This document shows positions 47,883 through 57,928 of a DNA stretch of 64,000 bases, piece by piece. Numbering within the stretch: position 1 is the first letter of the stretch; each line of letters opens with the position of its first letter. Source of the stretch: an uncultured Pelolinea sp. GTDB taxonomy: Bacteria; Chloroflexota; Anaerolineae; Anaerolineales; Anaerolineaceae. Below the pieces are notes generated by a model, which saw nothing but the letters and a program-made list of their open reading frames with translations, ran no database searches and was not told the DNA's origin. The stretch covers positions 26,065 through 90,064 of the forward strand of contig CAZBNE010000001.1 of the NCBI GenBank assembly GCA_964493155.1, written 5' to 3'. The translations under genes were made by a program, and so were the position numbers.

Positions 47883-47981
47883 ATGATCTCCAATATATTT
47901 ATATGACTAGGTTAACCCCCTTAAGGCTTTTTAAATCATATGTGTTCTATTAATTATTTATCTCGGTTTATTTTTATGAGA

Positions 47982-50039
47982 TCAAAATACACGAACGCGA
48001 TTGCGTCCGGTCTCTTTGGCTGAATAAAGCGCAGCGTCGGCTGCTGCCAGTAATTTTTCAAAACTACCTCGGGGTTTTTCCATCTCCGCCACCCCGATGC
48101 TCACTGAAACCGATACATCCCCTTTTTCACTTTTAAGGCGCAAAGAGGAAATAGCCGTGCACATCCTTTCTGCCGCGTGCGCGGCAGCAACCACTTCAGT
48201 TTCAGGTAACAGCACAACAAATTCCTCACCGCCATAACGGCACATTACATCCACCTTGCGCAGGATGGCGAGGCAGATATCGGCGATCTCTTTCAGAATC
48301 TGATCGCCAACCTGGTGGTCGAAGGTATCATTGATCTTTTTAAAATGGTCAATATCCATCATTATGATGGACAAATGCTTTTTGTAGCGCTTGGAGCGTT
48401 CTATCTCATTTTCTGCGTAAGCGAAGAAATACCGCCTGTTATAAAGTCCGGTCAAACTGTCTGTTATTGCCAATTTTTCCATTTCTTCAAATAGTTCCGC
48501 GTTTTCAATTGCGATCGCCGCCTGGTCAGCCAATGCTTGCAGTCTGCCAAGATATTTGGTTTCAAAGAAATCGGGTTTGGCTGAATCGAGATCAATGAAT
48601 CCCAACAATTTTTCCTTACGTTTGATCGGCGCGCCGATATAAGAGCGTATCCACTCCAATCCTGGAACGTCTTTTATCCATTCAGGATCCGCCCAGGTAT
48701 CCGCAATGTGGATGGGCTTTCCGCTGTCTGCCATTTTTTTAAAATTCGGCAGGTCCTCATAATTTTGCTCTATCGATTGGATCAGCTCGCGCCTCGTAAA
48801 TTCTTCATATCCCTTCATTTTTACGAATCGGGCTATATCTTGCTCATCGACGAGGGCGATATCTGCTGCATCATGCGGAACTACCTTGTCAATATTATCC
48901 AGTATTCTTTCCAGCACTTCATCCAGATCTAGGGAACTGTTAATAATAGATGCAGTGTCTGCCAATGCTTCAGCAAACTGGCGTTGTTCCTTTTCTTTGA
49001 TCTCACTGATCTTGCGCCTGGTAATATTCCGGAGTGAAATGATCTGACCTGTGTTGGTTTGATCCCCACCAGGAATACTATCAATTTTGACATCCAGAAA
49101 GCGAGGCGGATCGCCGGAAATATCCAGTTCAACATTAATATTTTGTTTATCCCTTAAGGGTTCTATCAGTTCAGAATAATCCTTAAACATATCCCAGATC
49201 GACATCCCAATTGGTGAAGGGCCTTCATACCCCGAAAGTTCGATTGCGGATGGGTTGATATCAACTACCCTGTCATTTCTATCCAGTACTATTAGACCAT
49301 CCGGCATGTTGTCAACCAAAGTATTACGGGCGATCGGGATCAGGTCAAACAATTGATTCCGAAATATCATCCATACCACAACCAGTGCACTGAAAGTAAA
49401 AGCCAGTGTGGTAATATCCAGTCCTTTCACCGGGCTTAACCCAAGAACATAAATGATGTTCGCAATCCATGAAACAGCCATTGAAATGAAGATGATGATC
49501 ACCTGGTTTCTTTTTTTTGGGGTTGATTTCATCAAATATCTGATCAGCCAATATGTACCCGCCATCAGTACCAGGTAACTGAAACCGATGTGCACTGGAA
49601 ACCACAGGCCATGGTCATATATCGCAACATGATTGACAGAATTTGCAGGTATGAGTATTTCTTCCCACAACAGACCATGATATTCGCTTGTAAAAGCCAG
49701 GATCAGAGTGATGGATGGAATTATCCAGATAAGGTATCGCGGAAAATTTTCCAAAAATTTTTTCTGGTCAGTGTATTCGGCTGTGAACATAAACCAAAGT
49801 GGAGAAATAGTTACAGCACCCAGATACTGAATTTTCGACCATGAAAGCTTACCGGCAACACTAAGAGCTCCTGCCTCAAAAATTGAAGCAAAACTCCAGA
49901 TAGCCAGAGCGAACATCATAAGGGCAAACTGCTGGTGCCCAGGATTTGCTTTGCGTTCCAGCACTGCCGCTGCGGAAAGGAGCGACAGGATGCCCGCGAT
50001 CGCGTAAGCAAATGAAAAGGGTGGAAATGAAAACAGCAT
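47982..50039 (-). CDS. Sensor diguanylate cyclase: N-terminal 7TM, PAS, GAF, GGDEF (GGEEF)
   Basis: 7 TM helices, PAS and GAF-like regions, SLTGLYNRR, I-site RKVD plus RYGGEEF. Confidence 0.85.
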   Translation of the reverse strand: MLFSFPPFSFAYAIAGILSLLSAAAVLERKANPGHQQFALMMFALAIWSFASIFEAGALSVAGKLSWSKIQYLGAVTISPLWFMFTAEYTDQKKFLENFPRYLIWIIPSITLILAFTSEYHGLLWEEILIPANSVNHVAIYDHGLWFPVHIGFSYLVLMAGTYWLIRYLMKSTPKKRNQVIIIFISMAVSWIANIIYVLGLSPVKGLDITTLAFTFSALVVVWMIFRNQLFDLIPIARNTLVDNMPDGLIVLDRNDRVVDINPSAIELSGYEGPSPIGMSIWDMFKDYSELIEPLRDKQNINVELDISGDPPRFLDVKIDSIPGGDQTNTGQIISLRNITRRKISEIKEKEQRQFAEALADTASIINSSLDLDEVLERILDNIDKVVPHDAADIALVDEQDIARFVKMKGYEEFTRRELIQSIEQNYEDLPNFKKMADSGKPIHIADTWADPEWIKDVPGLEWIRSYIGAPIKRKEKLLGFIDLDSAKPDFFETKYLGRLQALADQAAIAIENAELFEEMEKLAITDSLTGLYNRRYFFAYAENEIERSKRYKKHLSIIMMDIDHFKKINDTFDHQVGDQILKEIADICLAILRKVDVMCRYGGEEFVVLLPETEVVAAAHAAERMCTAISSLRLKSEKGDVSVSVSIGVAEMEKPRGSFEKLLAAADAALYSAKETGRNRVRVF

Positions 50040-50140
50040 CTTTTTTCCCTTTTTCGCGCCTAAAATTTTACCACCTTATAAATAAAGGATTTTTGTACGT
50101 TTGGGATTGTGTGGATTGGTTTAGAATTTCATTCGAATCA

Positions 50141-51184
50141 TTAGATGATTTGAATTTGCGCTTCAGGGATGATTTCACCGATTTTCCAGAATAACGGCTT
50201 GGTTTTTAAGGAAGATAAATATTCCTGATACTGTTCTTCACTAACGGCTGCCAGCAGCCCCCCGCTAGTTTGGGGATCAAAAAGCAGCATTTGTTCCCAG
50301 TCCCTAAGGTTGCCGTTAAATTGAACATGTGGGCGATAGAATTCGAAATTATCATAAGCTCCGCCCGGAAAGATCCCTTTTTCAGCGTAGAACTTTGCGC
50401 CATCCATGAATGGTAACTCTTTATATTGAATTCTCAACCCTTTGCCGGATGCCCTTGCCATCTCCCAGGCATGCCCAAGAAATCCAAAGCCTGTGATGTC
50501 TGTTGCCGCAAGTGCGTTCATTTTTATGATCGCCTCTCCCGCCCGCTTATTGAGCGTTTTCATCCAGGCAACTGCTTTTTCCAAATGATCTTTTTCAACC
50601 TTGTCCTGTTTCAGCGCGGTAGTGATCACGCCTGTTCCAAGCGGTTTGCTCAGCAGCAGCACATCCCCCGTTTTTGCCCCGCTTTTCCTGAGGATCTTTT
50701 CTGGATGGGCAAAGCCCAGCGCCATCAGCCCGTATTTGGGCTCATCATCCTTGATCGTATGTCCGCCGGCGATGACCACCCCGGCTTCCTTTGATTTTTC
50801 GATCCCGCCGCGTAGGATTTCCGAGATCACGGGAAGAGGCAGGTTTCCGGGGAAAGCCGCCACATTCAGTGCCAGAAAAGGCCTGGCCCCCATGGCGTAC
50901 ACGTCTGAAAGGCTGTTGGCGGCAGCGATGGCGCCATAATCGTATGGATCATCCACAACGGGTGTAAAGAAGTCGGTGGTAACAACCAGTGCGCGATCTT
51001 CGTCCAGCCGCCAGACGGCAGCGTCATCAGGCTGCTCTAATCCGGTGATCAGTTCAGGATAATCTTCACGATTTATTAATGGAGTTAACGGCTGCAGAAC
51101 CTGCGCCAGCGCTTCTGCGCTAAACTTGGACGCTCAACCTGCGCAGGATGATAAGGCGGTTAACCTGATTTCTTTTTTCTTCAT
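50141..51184 (-). CDS. selD: Selenide, water dikinase (selenophosphate synthetase) with selenocysteine at codon 17
   Basis: ATG 51184. N-terminus MKKKEIRLTALSSCAG-TGA-ASKFSAEAL aligns with E. coli [20 protein letters not shown], placing the TGA (51136-51134) at Cys17 and the Lys at Lys20. The rest is AIR-synthase-like SelD. Confidence 0.85.
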
Positions 51185-51268
51185 GATTATTCACGTAACC
51201 TGGATTTTATCTTAACTAATTCCGGCAGATTGAATTTGAATTAAATACTGGTTAGAAAACGCGCTTCT

Positions 51269-52876
51269 TTATTCAGCCAGGCAGGTACGATCACGGCCTG
51301 TCGCTTTTGCCTGATAAAGTGCTTCATCAGCAGCTATTAAAAGCGCATCGCTGTTCATGCCATTCTCTGGAAATGTGGCAATTCCCATAGAAACAGAAAT
51401 ATTGACGCTATTCTCGCCGATCAGCAGCGCCATTGTTTTGACCGCGTTACGCCACAATTCTGCCCGATGAAAGGCGGATTCTTTAGTCATTTCAGGCATA
51501 ACCAAAACGAATTCATCCCCGCCGTATCGGCTGACACAATCACTCCCGCGAGTCTCTGATTGAAGCAGCTTGCTTAAAGCAATGATGACATCATCACCGC
51601 CCTTGTGGCCGTAGGTATCATTTATTTTTTTGAAAAAATCAATATCGAGCATAATAATGCTCAATGGATAATTATTACGCAGCGCGCGTGAAATTTCCCG
51701 CGAGAGTGTTTCTTTTAGGAAGCGCCGGTTATATATACCTGTAACCGGATCGCGCATCGCTTGTTCGTGCAGTTGATCCTGCAATTCCCTGATTTCTCCC
51801 AGCTGTTGCTTAAGCCGTTTGTTTACAGCGCGAAGATCCTTTTCAGCCCGCTTGCGAGTGCTGATATCATCCAGGATCACCACCCAACCCAGAAACCTTT
51901 TTCTCTGGTCTCTCAAAGGGGTTATATGAACATCCAGGTATGCTTTGTGTGGTGCCCGAGTCGAAATCTCAATTCTTTTTGTTTCCGTCTTATCAAAATA
52001 ATTTTTAACCTTCTTCCAAAATCCTTCCAGGGTTTGGATCTGGGCACCCACATTTTTGTTGTGGCCGATCGAAAGCATTTTTGCAGCAACCGGGTTGAAG
52101 TTGATTATCCGCATGCGTTCATCAATGGTCAAGATACCATTTTTTACATTCTCATAGATCAATTCATAGGCAATCGGGACAATATCCAGGAAGCCGCTTT
52201 TGAACATCCCCCATGCCAAAACTAATCCAGTGAACAGAAAGCCGATCGAAACCGTGTCAAGACCTGGAAATGGATTAAGGTTCAGGACATAGATCAGAAA
52301 ACCAATCCACGGGATGATCGAAGCAATCAAAATGATTCGACTTTGTTCGCGATAAACTTTTTGTGAGCATACGGGGGATAAAAGCAGAACCGCAGTCCCA
52401 ACAGATACCATGACAAAAACATAAGCCACAGAAATCCAAAAAGCTGGACCGTGATGATAAATAAGGCTGTTGCTACCAGGCGGACCCGGTGTAAATGCAT
52501 CCCAGATCAAGCCATGCATCTCATTGGTCGCTGCCAAGAGAATCGTGATCAATGGGATTAAAAAAAATAACACTAAGGTGATGTGTGTTACCCGTTTTCC
52601 CCGACTGCCGAATTGCAGAGCAAAAAGAACAAGCAATACTGGTGAAGTCTGTGCGCCAAGATAGACCATCTTTGACCAGAATATTTTTAAATCCAAAGGT
52701 ACTGCTGCGGCTTCCAATCCGTTGCATAAGGCCCACTCGGAAACAGCCATAAATAAAAGAAAAAGCGGCCAGCCTCCGCGTGAGTTGCGCCGCTTCCATA
52801 TTATGATGGATACAGCGATTGCTACCAATCCGGTCAGCAACTGCGCGATGGAATATGCAGTCAATTCATAGAGCAT
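51269..52876 (-). CDS. Sensor diguanylate cyclase: N-terminal 7TM, PAS, GGDEF
   Basis: 7TM domain paralogous to that of 47982-50039. PVTGIYNRR, I-site RGSD plus RYGGDEF. Confidence 0.85.
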   Translation of the reverse strand: MLYELTAYSIAQLLTGLVAIAVSIIIWKRRNSRGGWPLFLLFMAVSEWALCNGLEAAAVPLDLKIFWSKMVYLGAQTSPVLLVLFALQFGSRGKRVTHITLVLFFLIPLITILLAATNEMHGLIWDAFTPGPPGSNSLIYHHGPAFWISVAYVFVMVSVGTAVLLLSPVCSQKVYREQSRIILIASIIPWIGFLIYVLNLNPFPGLDTVSIGFLFTGLVLAWGMFKSGFLDIVPIAYELIYENVKNGILTIDERMRIINFNPVAAKMLSIGHNKNVGAQIQTLEGFWKKVKNYFDKTETKRIEISTRAPHKAYLDVHITPLRDQRKRFLGWVVILDDISTRKRAEKDLRAVNKRLKQQLGEIRELQDQLHEQAMRDPVTGIYNRRFLKETLSREISRALRNNYPLSIIMLDIDFFKKINDTYGHKGGDDVIIALSKLLQSETRGSDCVSRYGGDEFVLVMPEMTKESAFHRAELWRNAVKTMALLIGENSVNISVSMGIATFPENGMNSDALLIAADEALYQAKATGRDRTCLAE

Positions 52877-52951
52877 CTGTCTATTTTATGATAAATTTGG
52901 TTATATGTGATATTGATTCCAGCTTGTCTTTTTTTTACAGGAGAGAGTAGC

Positions 52952-53293
52952 ATGAAAAATAGAACAGTCTTTTTATTAACACGGAACGGGATGGGTGATG
53001 GCCCATCCGATCTTCAAAAGAACTTGATAAAAAAATTTCTTCAATTGTCCCTGGAAAATGCGGATATCCCGGCAAAGATACTTTTTTATACCGATGGTGT
53101 CAAATTGGCATGTAAAGGTTCTGAAGTAATAGACCTATTAAGGCAATTTGAAGAAAAAGGGGTTGAACTGGTTTTGTGCAGCACCTGTTTACAGAGATTC
53201 GAATTATCACAAGAGATTGAGGTTGGTGTGGCTGGCAGTATGGCAGATATTATTGAAGCATTATCAAAATCAGAAAAAGTTATCAGTCTGTAA
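52952..53293 (+). CDS. DsrE/DsrF-like family small protein
   Basis: 113 aa. VFLLTRNGMG...LVLCSTCL pattern. GGAGAG RBS before ATG 52952. Confidence 0.5.
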   Translation: MKNRTVFLLTRNGMGDGPSDLQKNLIKKFLQLSLENADIPAKILFYTDGVKLACKGSEVIDLLRQFEEKGVELVLCSTCLQRFELSQEIEVGVAGSMADIIEALSKSEKVISL

Positions 53294-53316
53294 AGACTGA
53301 TTTGGTAATTTATTAA

Positions 53317-53832
53317 ATGAATAAATTCAAACTATTCTTCATCTGGCAGGATGACAAGGAAGAAGCCTGGCTCAATGTCTTATCCTCAAAAGGGCTGCAG
53401 CTGGATTCTGTCAGCTTTCCTTTTACCTATCATTTCATCAGTGATTCCTCAAGGAATTACATCCATCACCTGAACGCGTCAAAAGGGGCTGGAGTAAATC
53501 TGGCGGCTTTCGAGGAAACTTATCAAAGATCGGGCTGGAAGCATATTGGGCGGATGAACGGATGGCACTATTTTCAGAAAGCGGCTGCTGAAAGCGATGA
53601 CCTGATTAATAAATGGGGCAATAAATTAAAAGCTGACAAGTATCAGGGGTATATGATGGCTTTGGTAGGGCTGCTTCCATTTTTATTGATCATTTTTCCC
53701 GCATTAGGAAGACGATTCGCAGCGCCGCTTTTTGATGTACTTCGAATAGCCTACTTTGTCTTTTTGGGGCTTTACACTCTGGTCACCTTCAAGGTTTATC
53801 AACGTGTTAACCAACTGCGGGATCATTCGTAA
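53317..53832 (+). CDS. DUF2812-domain membrane protein
   Basis: N-terminus EEAWLNVLSSKGLQLDSV...YHF and two C-terminal TM helices, typical of DUF2812. Confidence 0.55.
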   Translation: MNKFKLFFIWQDDKEEAWLNVLSSKGLQLDSVSFPFTYHFISDSSRNYIHHLNASKGAGVNLAAFEETYQRSGWKHIGRMNGWHYFQKAAAESDDLINKWGNKLKADKYQGYMMALVGLLPFLLIIFPALGRRFAAPLFDVLRIAYFVFLGLYTLVTFKVYQRVNQLRDHS

Positions 53833-53924
53833 CACCTATTCAAACCAGATCATTGAACCGGACAGCAAAGGATAATAATTAATTCCTGTATACTGTTTAG
53901 CAGTACAGTTTGTAAGGATCAACC

Positions 53925-55037
53925 ATGAATATTCTGCCGGTTACTTCAAAAAAAGAACTGAATGCATTTATTGATCTTCCTTATACTTTTTACAGGCATG
54001 ATCCCAATTGGGTTGCGCCTTTGCGTAGTGAAGCGCACGGGCAGTTTGATCCGATTAAGAACCCCCTGCTGGACCATTGCGAATATCAGTTGTTCTTGTT
54101 ACTGGAAAATGATGTGCCCGTTGGGCGAATAGCTGCTTTCATTGATATGCTGGCTTTGGATTATTGGCATGAGAAAATTGGATTATTTGGATACTATGAA
54201 AGCCCCAGGGATTCTGCGGCATCCAAAATGCTCCTGGAATCTGCCAGCCAATGGCTGGAGCACAAAGGCATGACCGCCATGCGCGGCCCATGGAGTTTTG
54301 TCTCGCAAGAATGGGGTTCAGTGCTTGAGGGGTTCTCTCCTCCGCCGGTTGTTATGTCTCCTTATAATCCGCCTTACTACAACCAGCAATTTGAAGACTT
54401 TGGATTATCAAAGACCAAAGACCTGCTGGTATATTACATTGATGCCCGCGAGGGCTATCAGATCCCTGAACGTATTCTGACAATGACCGACAAGGTCGCC
54501 AGCCATTACGGCATTCATGTGCGCCAGATGGATGTGAAGAATTTTGACCGTGATGTTCAGACTGTTATCGCTTTATCCAACGAAAGCCTGGCCATCAATT
54601 GGGGATATTCACCGGTCACAGAAGCAGAGGTTAAGGCAATGGCGCGCGATATGAAACCGATCCTGCACTCTAAGGCGGTGGTTTTTGCCGAAGATAGCCA
54701 GGGGAGACCGGTCGGTTTCGCGATCGCTATTCCGGATGTAAATCAGTTGATCAAGGGCCTGAACGGGCGCATGCTTCCTTTTGGTATATTCAGATTGTTA
54801 TTCGGTCTGCCGCGTCTCAACCAATACCGCATGTTCGCACTGGGTGTAATTCCCGAGTATCACGGCAAGGGGGTCGACAGTCTGATCTACCGTGCCCTTT
54901 ATGAATCCTGCTTCAGCCAGACGTTACGCATGGAGATCAATTACATCCTCGAAGATAATTACCCCATGAACAACGCGGTCATTAAGCTGGGTGCCAAACC
55001 TTTGCGCAAGTATCGGGTATATGAGAAAAAGATCTGA
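53925..55037 (+). CDS. GNAT-like acyltransferase family protein (about 370 aa class)
   Basis: N-terminus FIDLPYTFYRHDPNWVAPL and C-terminal EYHGKGVDSLIY (acetyl-CoA loop-like). Confidence 0.5.
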   Translation: MNILPVTSKKELNAFIDLPYTFYRHDPNWVAPLRSEAHGQFDPIKNPLLDHCEYQLFLLLENDVPVGRIAAFIDMLALDYWHEKIGLFGYYESPRDSAASKMLLESASQWLEHKGMTAMRGPWSFVSQEWGSVLEGFSPPPVVMSPYNPPYYNQQFEDFGLSKTKDLLVYYIDAREGYQIPERILTMTDKVASHYGIHVRQMDVKNFDRDVQTVIALSNESLAINWGYSPVTEAEVKAMARDMKPILHSKAVVFAEDSQGRPVGFAIAIPDVNQLIKGLNGRMLPFGIFRLLFGLPRLNQYRMFALGVIPEYHGKGVDSLIYRALYESCFSQTLRMEINYILEDNYPMNNAVIKLGAKPLRKYRVYEKKI

Positions 55038-55044
55038 TCTATCA

Positions 55045-55652
55045 ATAGATCCCCTGCTTGATCAGATCAAAAATAGCTTCGGCATTCGATTTCAATATCA
55101 TCAACCAATGTCGGTCCTTCTTCCGGTGATAATTGCCTCAATCGCGCGGTGTAGCGGCTAACAATTATTCAAGCATTAAATGCACCTGCCTTACAGCAGT
55201 ATCATCATCAACATCGTCTTTCAGCTTGAATTGGTCTAATTTTTCGGCTGCCTATTCCAGGCTGATGGCAGGATAGGCGACAAATCGCATGGTCATTTCA
55301 TCCTTCAATTCATCCGGGATTTCAAAAAAACTCTATAAAAGAAGCGATAAAGCAGCGGTTCTTGCTGCACAAATTTAACTTTAACTCGCAGCAGCAGCCT
55401 GTTATAAAGATCTTCCGGAATTTTCTCTCTGGTTAGGCTTCTATTTTTTTCCGTGAATCGTTAAACCGCCTCATCCAGTGCGTACAGGAACATTGCCTTC
55501 TTGCTGCCGAAAAAATAAAACAGCGTCCCTTTAGGAATGCCCGCTTTTTGGACAATGGCATTGGTCGAAGCTCCTTTGCAGCCATTTTCTGTGAACTCTT
55601 CCAGGATTACTTCAAGCATCCATTCCTGGTCGGACTTGGGGATCTTGGGCAA
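55045..55652 (-). pseudogene. TetR-family regulator, disrupted (nonsense plus frameshift)
   Basis: Intact HTH (TNAIVQKAGIPKGTLFYFFGSKK), then an in-frame TAA at 55463-55461. The same frame continues IPEDLYNRLLLRVKVKFVQQEPLLYRFFY. It then shifts at a T7 run to EIPDELKDEM... Confidence 0.65.
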
Positions 55653-55661
55653 AATGGATCG

Positions 55662-56555
55662 TCATGACTCATTTAAACGGTAATGTGCTGTGAATTGGGA
55701 ATTACGGAAAAATCCAATATTCTTAAATAGCCTTATCCATCCCAGTTTTGGATGGTTGGAATCCATATAGAACCATTTTTCAAGGAATTCAATGCCATCG
55801 TGCCAAGCCTCCAGATCTCGCGCGTCAGAAACGCCAAATTTAAAAGCCGCATCTTTGCTCATTTTTAACCGGCTCTTCATTTTCATTGCGGCAATTTTTC
55901 CCCAAAAACCTTCCACCCAGGTGCGGTTGGTGAGTTCGCAGACCAGTTCAGATCCGGGAAAGCGTTTTTGTATCTCCAAAACGAGCGCCTTAACGCTTTC
56001 TTTTGGCAAATACATGAATACACCCTCTGCAAGAAATATAATGGGTTTGCGAAAAACCGAGACTTTGTCCATCCAGTCCATTTCCAGTATTGACTGGCCG
56101 ATCAACCTATAACGGTCAGTGGGATTGACCAATTGTTTTTTACATGCGATCATCCCCGGTAGATCGATATCGAAAAAGTTTACTTTTCCGTTATCAACGC
56201 GAAAGAAGCGGGTATCCATCCCGCAGCCCATATTTACAACCACGCCTTCCGGGTGGTTTCGTAAAAAAACGCGGGTATATTCGTCATATTTGTTAGCTCT
56301 TAGCGGAATGTGGACAGACAGCCTTGGATCGATCGATCGGGAAGTAAGCCGTTTGCCCTTTTTTTCCTTGTTTTTCTTAAGTATCTGATCAAGTTTTTCT
56401 GCCAGTTCTTCAGCTTTTTCATCCCTCAGAATAGGATTTTGCGAACGGCTTTCCGCTGCCCTGGAATACAGTGTCAGCAGCGCAGTCTCTTCAACACCTG
56501 AAAAATCCACTACATTTCCGGTTGTGATCATTTGCGTATTCCTTACTGACCACAT
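55662..56555 (-). CDS. Class I SAM-dependent methyltransferase (leucine carboxyl / TcmP-like O-methyltransferase family)
   Basis: VVNMGCGMDTRFFRVD SAM loop, LAEGVFMYL. Confidence 0.7.
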   Translation of the reverse strand: MWSVRNTQMITTGNVVDFSGVEETALLTLYSRAAESRSQNPILRDEKAEELAEKLDQILKKNKEKKGKRLTSRSIDPRLSVHIPLRANKYDEYTRVFLRNHPEGVVVNMGCGMDTRFFRVDNGKVNFFDIDLPGMIACKKQLVNPTDRYRLIGQSILEMDWMDKVSVFRKPIIFLAEGVFMYLPKESVKALVLEIQKRFPGSELVCELTNRTWVEGFWGKIAAMKMKSRLKMSKDAAFKFGVSDARDLEAWHDGIEFLEKWFYMDSNHPKLGWIRLFKNIGFFRNSQFTAHYRLNES

Positions 56556-56620
56556 GGTCAGTAGCAGAATAAATTAAAAACCACCCGCTGTCAAGCGGGC
56601 GGAGCGGATGATGCCTTATT

Positions 56621-57232
56621 TTAACCATTTCGTTTTGATTGTTCTGTCATGTGCCGCGCCCATTCCGATTTATTAGAGCTTACATGCCGATAATTGATGA
56701 TCTGCTCTAAAAGCTCACCGGGCTGATCAGAATCCAGGATCATTTTTCGGTGCGGATCGTAGATAAACTGTTCTTCAACCGCATGATCCAGGAACTCAAG
56801 CAGCTTGTCGTAATAACCGCCCGCATTCAGCAATCCGCAAGGTTTGGAGTGGATGCCGAGTTGCAGCCAGGTGAGCATTTCAAAGAATTCCTCATAAGTT
56901 CCATATCCCCCGGGCAAAGCGATAAAGCCATCCGCAAGTTCAGCCATCACCGATTTACGCTCGTGCATGTTATGCACAACCTTAAGCTCAGTTAATCCAT
57001 TTAAAGCGATATTCTGCGCTGCCAATGCCCGGGTAATTACGCCGATCACCTTTCCGCCGGAGGCGATAGCCGACCTAGCAACCTCACCCATCAGTCCCAC
57101 GCCCGAGCCGCCATATACCAGGGTTATCCCTCGCTGTCCGACTTCCGCGCCAAGATTTTTGGCTGCACCAAGGTAACCAGGTGATCTCCCCGGGCTTGAG
57201 CCGCAATAAACGCAAACGCTTTGTATCGCCAT
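56621..57232 (-). CDS. LOG family protein (TIGR00730-type nucleotide phosphoribohydrolase)
   Basis: VYCGSS, LVYGGSGVGLMG, LPGGYGTYEEFFEMLTWLQLG. Confidence 0.85.
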   Translation of the reverse strand: MAIQSVCVYCGSSPGRSPGYLGAAKNLGAEVGQRGITLVYGGSGVGLMGEVARSAIASGGKVIGVITRALAAQNIALNGLTELKVVHNMHERKSVMAELADGFIALPGGYGTYEEFFEMLTWLQLGIHSKPCGLLNAGGYYDKLLEFLDHAVEEQFIYDPHRKMILDSDQPGELLEQIINYRHVSSNKSEWARHMTEQSKRNG

Positions 57233-57264
57233 TTTAATGAATTCCCTTATTGGTTTATAAAGAT

Positions 57265-57906
57265 TTATATCTTATAAACCCCGTCATAGTTCAATCCGAG
57301 TGTTCCTGCGTCAAATGATCGCTTGTCTACCGGAGAGAGAATTTCCGCCTGTTCAGGGGTGATCAACGGGATCAATTTGACCTTATATAGGTGTTTCTCC
57401 ACTGCATCCAGGCCTGTGGATTCTGTCATCCAGTTCAGATGATCAAAGCGCGTCAAGTGAACCGGGCGTGAATAAGTGCGCAGTGTTTTTTCGCCTTTGA
57501 TATTAAATGAATCATCAAAATAAGTCAGCACAAGCTCGCGCAATGTGCGGTGGATGGGCTCTCTGAAACGCAAGCCGCTAAAATTGGATTTGGCGATCGC
57601 TCCCCAGCAGCCATTGATCTTGAATAATGCCAGAATGTGGTCATCATCCTTTCCGGGGTCCGGTTGCATATCGATGATCATGGGTTCAAACCCCAGCATG
57701 CGCAGGGCTGTGGCAGCAAATAATCCGCCGTCTAGGCAATGCGCTTTTTTCTGGCGCAGCACCTCAATCGCCGGCCTGTTTTCTTCACCCCCCGGATACT
57801 CAATCGTATCCAGAAAAGCCTGGATCTTATAGGGTGAATTCAGGCTTAACATGAATTTTTTTTCTGATATGGTGAGCTGATCCAAAAAAACCGCTAATGC
57901 GTCTAT
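57265..57906 (-). CDS. Transglutaminase-like cysteine protease-fold protein
   Basis: KAHCLDGGLFAATALRMLG (Cys) followed by DDDHILALF (His). ATG 57906 removes the overlap with the upstream LOG gene. Confidence 0.5.
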   Translation of the reverse strand: MDALAVFLDQLTISEKKFMLSLNSPYKIQAFLDTIEYPGGEENRPAIEVLRQKKAHCLDGGLFAATALRMLGFEPMIIDMQPDPGKDDDHILALFKINGCWGAIAKSNFSGLRFREPIHRTLRELVLTYFDDSFNIKGEKTLRTYSRPVHLTRFDHLNWMTESTGLDAVEKHLYKVKLIPLITPEQAEILSPVDKRSFDAGTLGLNYDGVYKI

Positions 57907-57928
57907 CATTGTGACTCCACTGGATGCA

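Noticed and set aside
50957-51184. Apparent 5' truncation or pseudogenisation of selD (ORF track starts at 50956)
   Set aside because: The upstream sequence is in frame and SelD-like, and the only interruption is a TGA exactly at the Cys17-equivalent catalytic position. Selenocysteine recoding explains it better than decay does.
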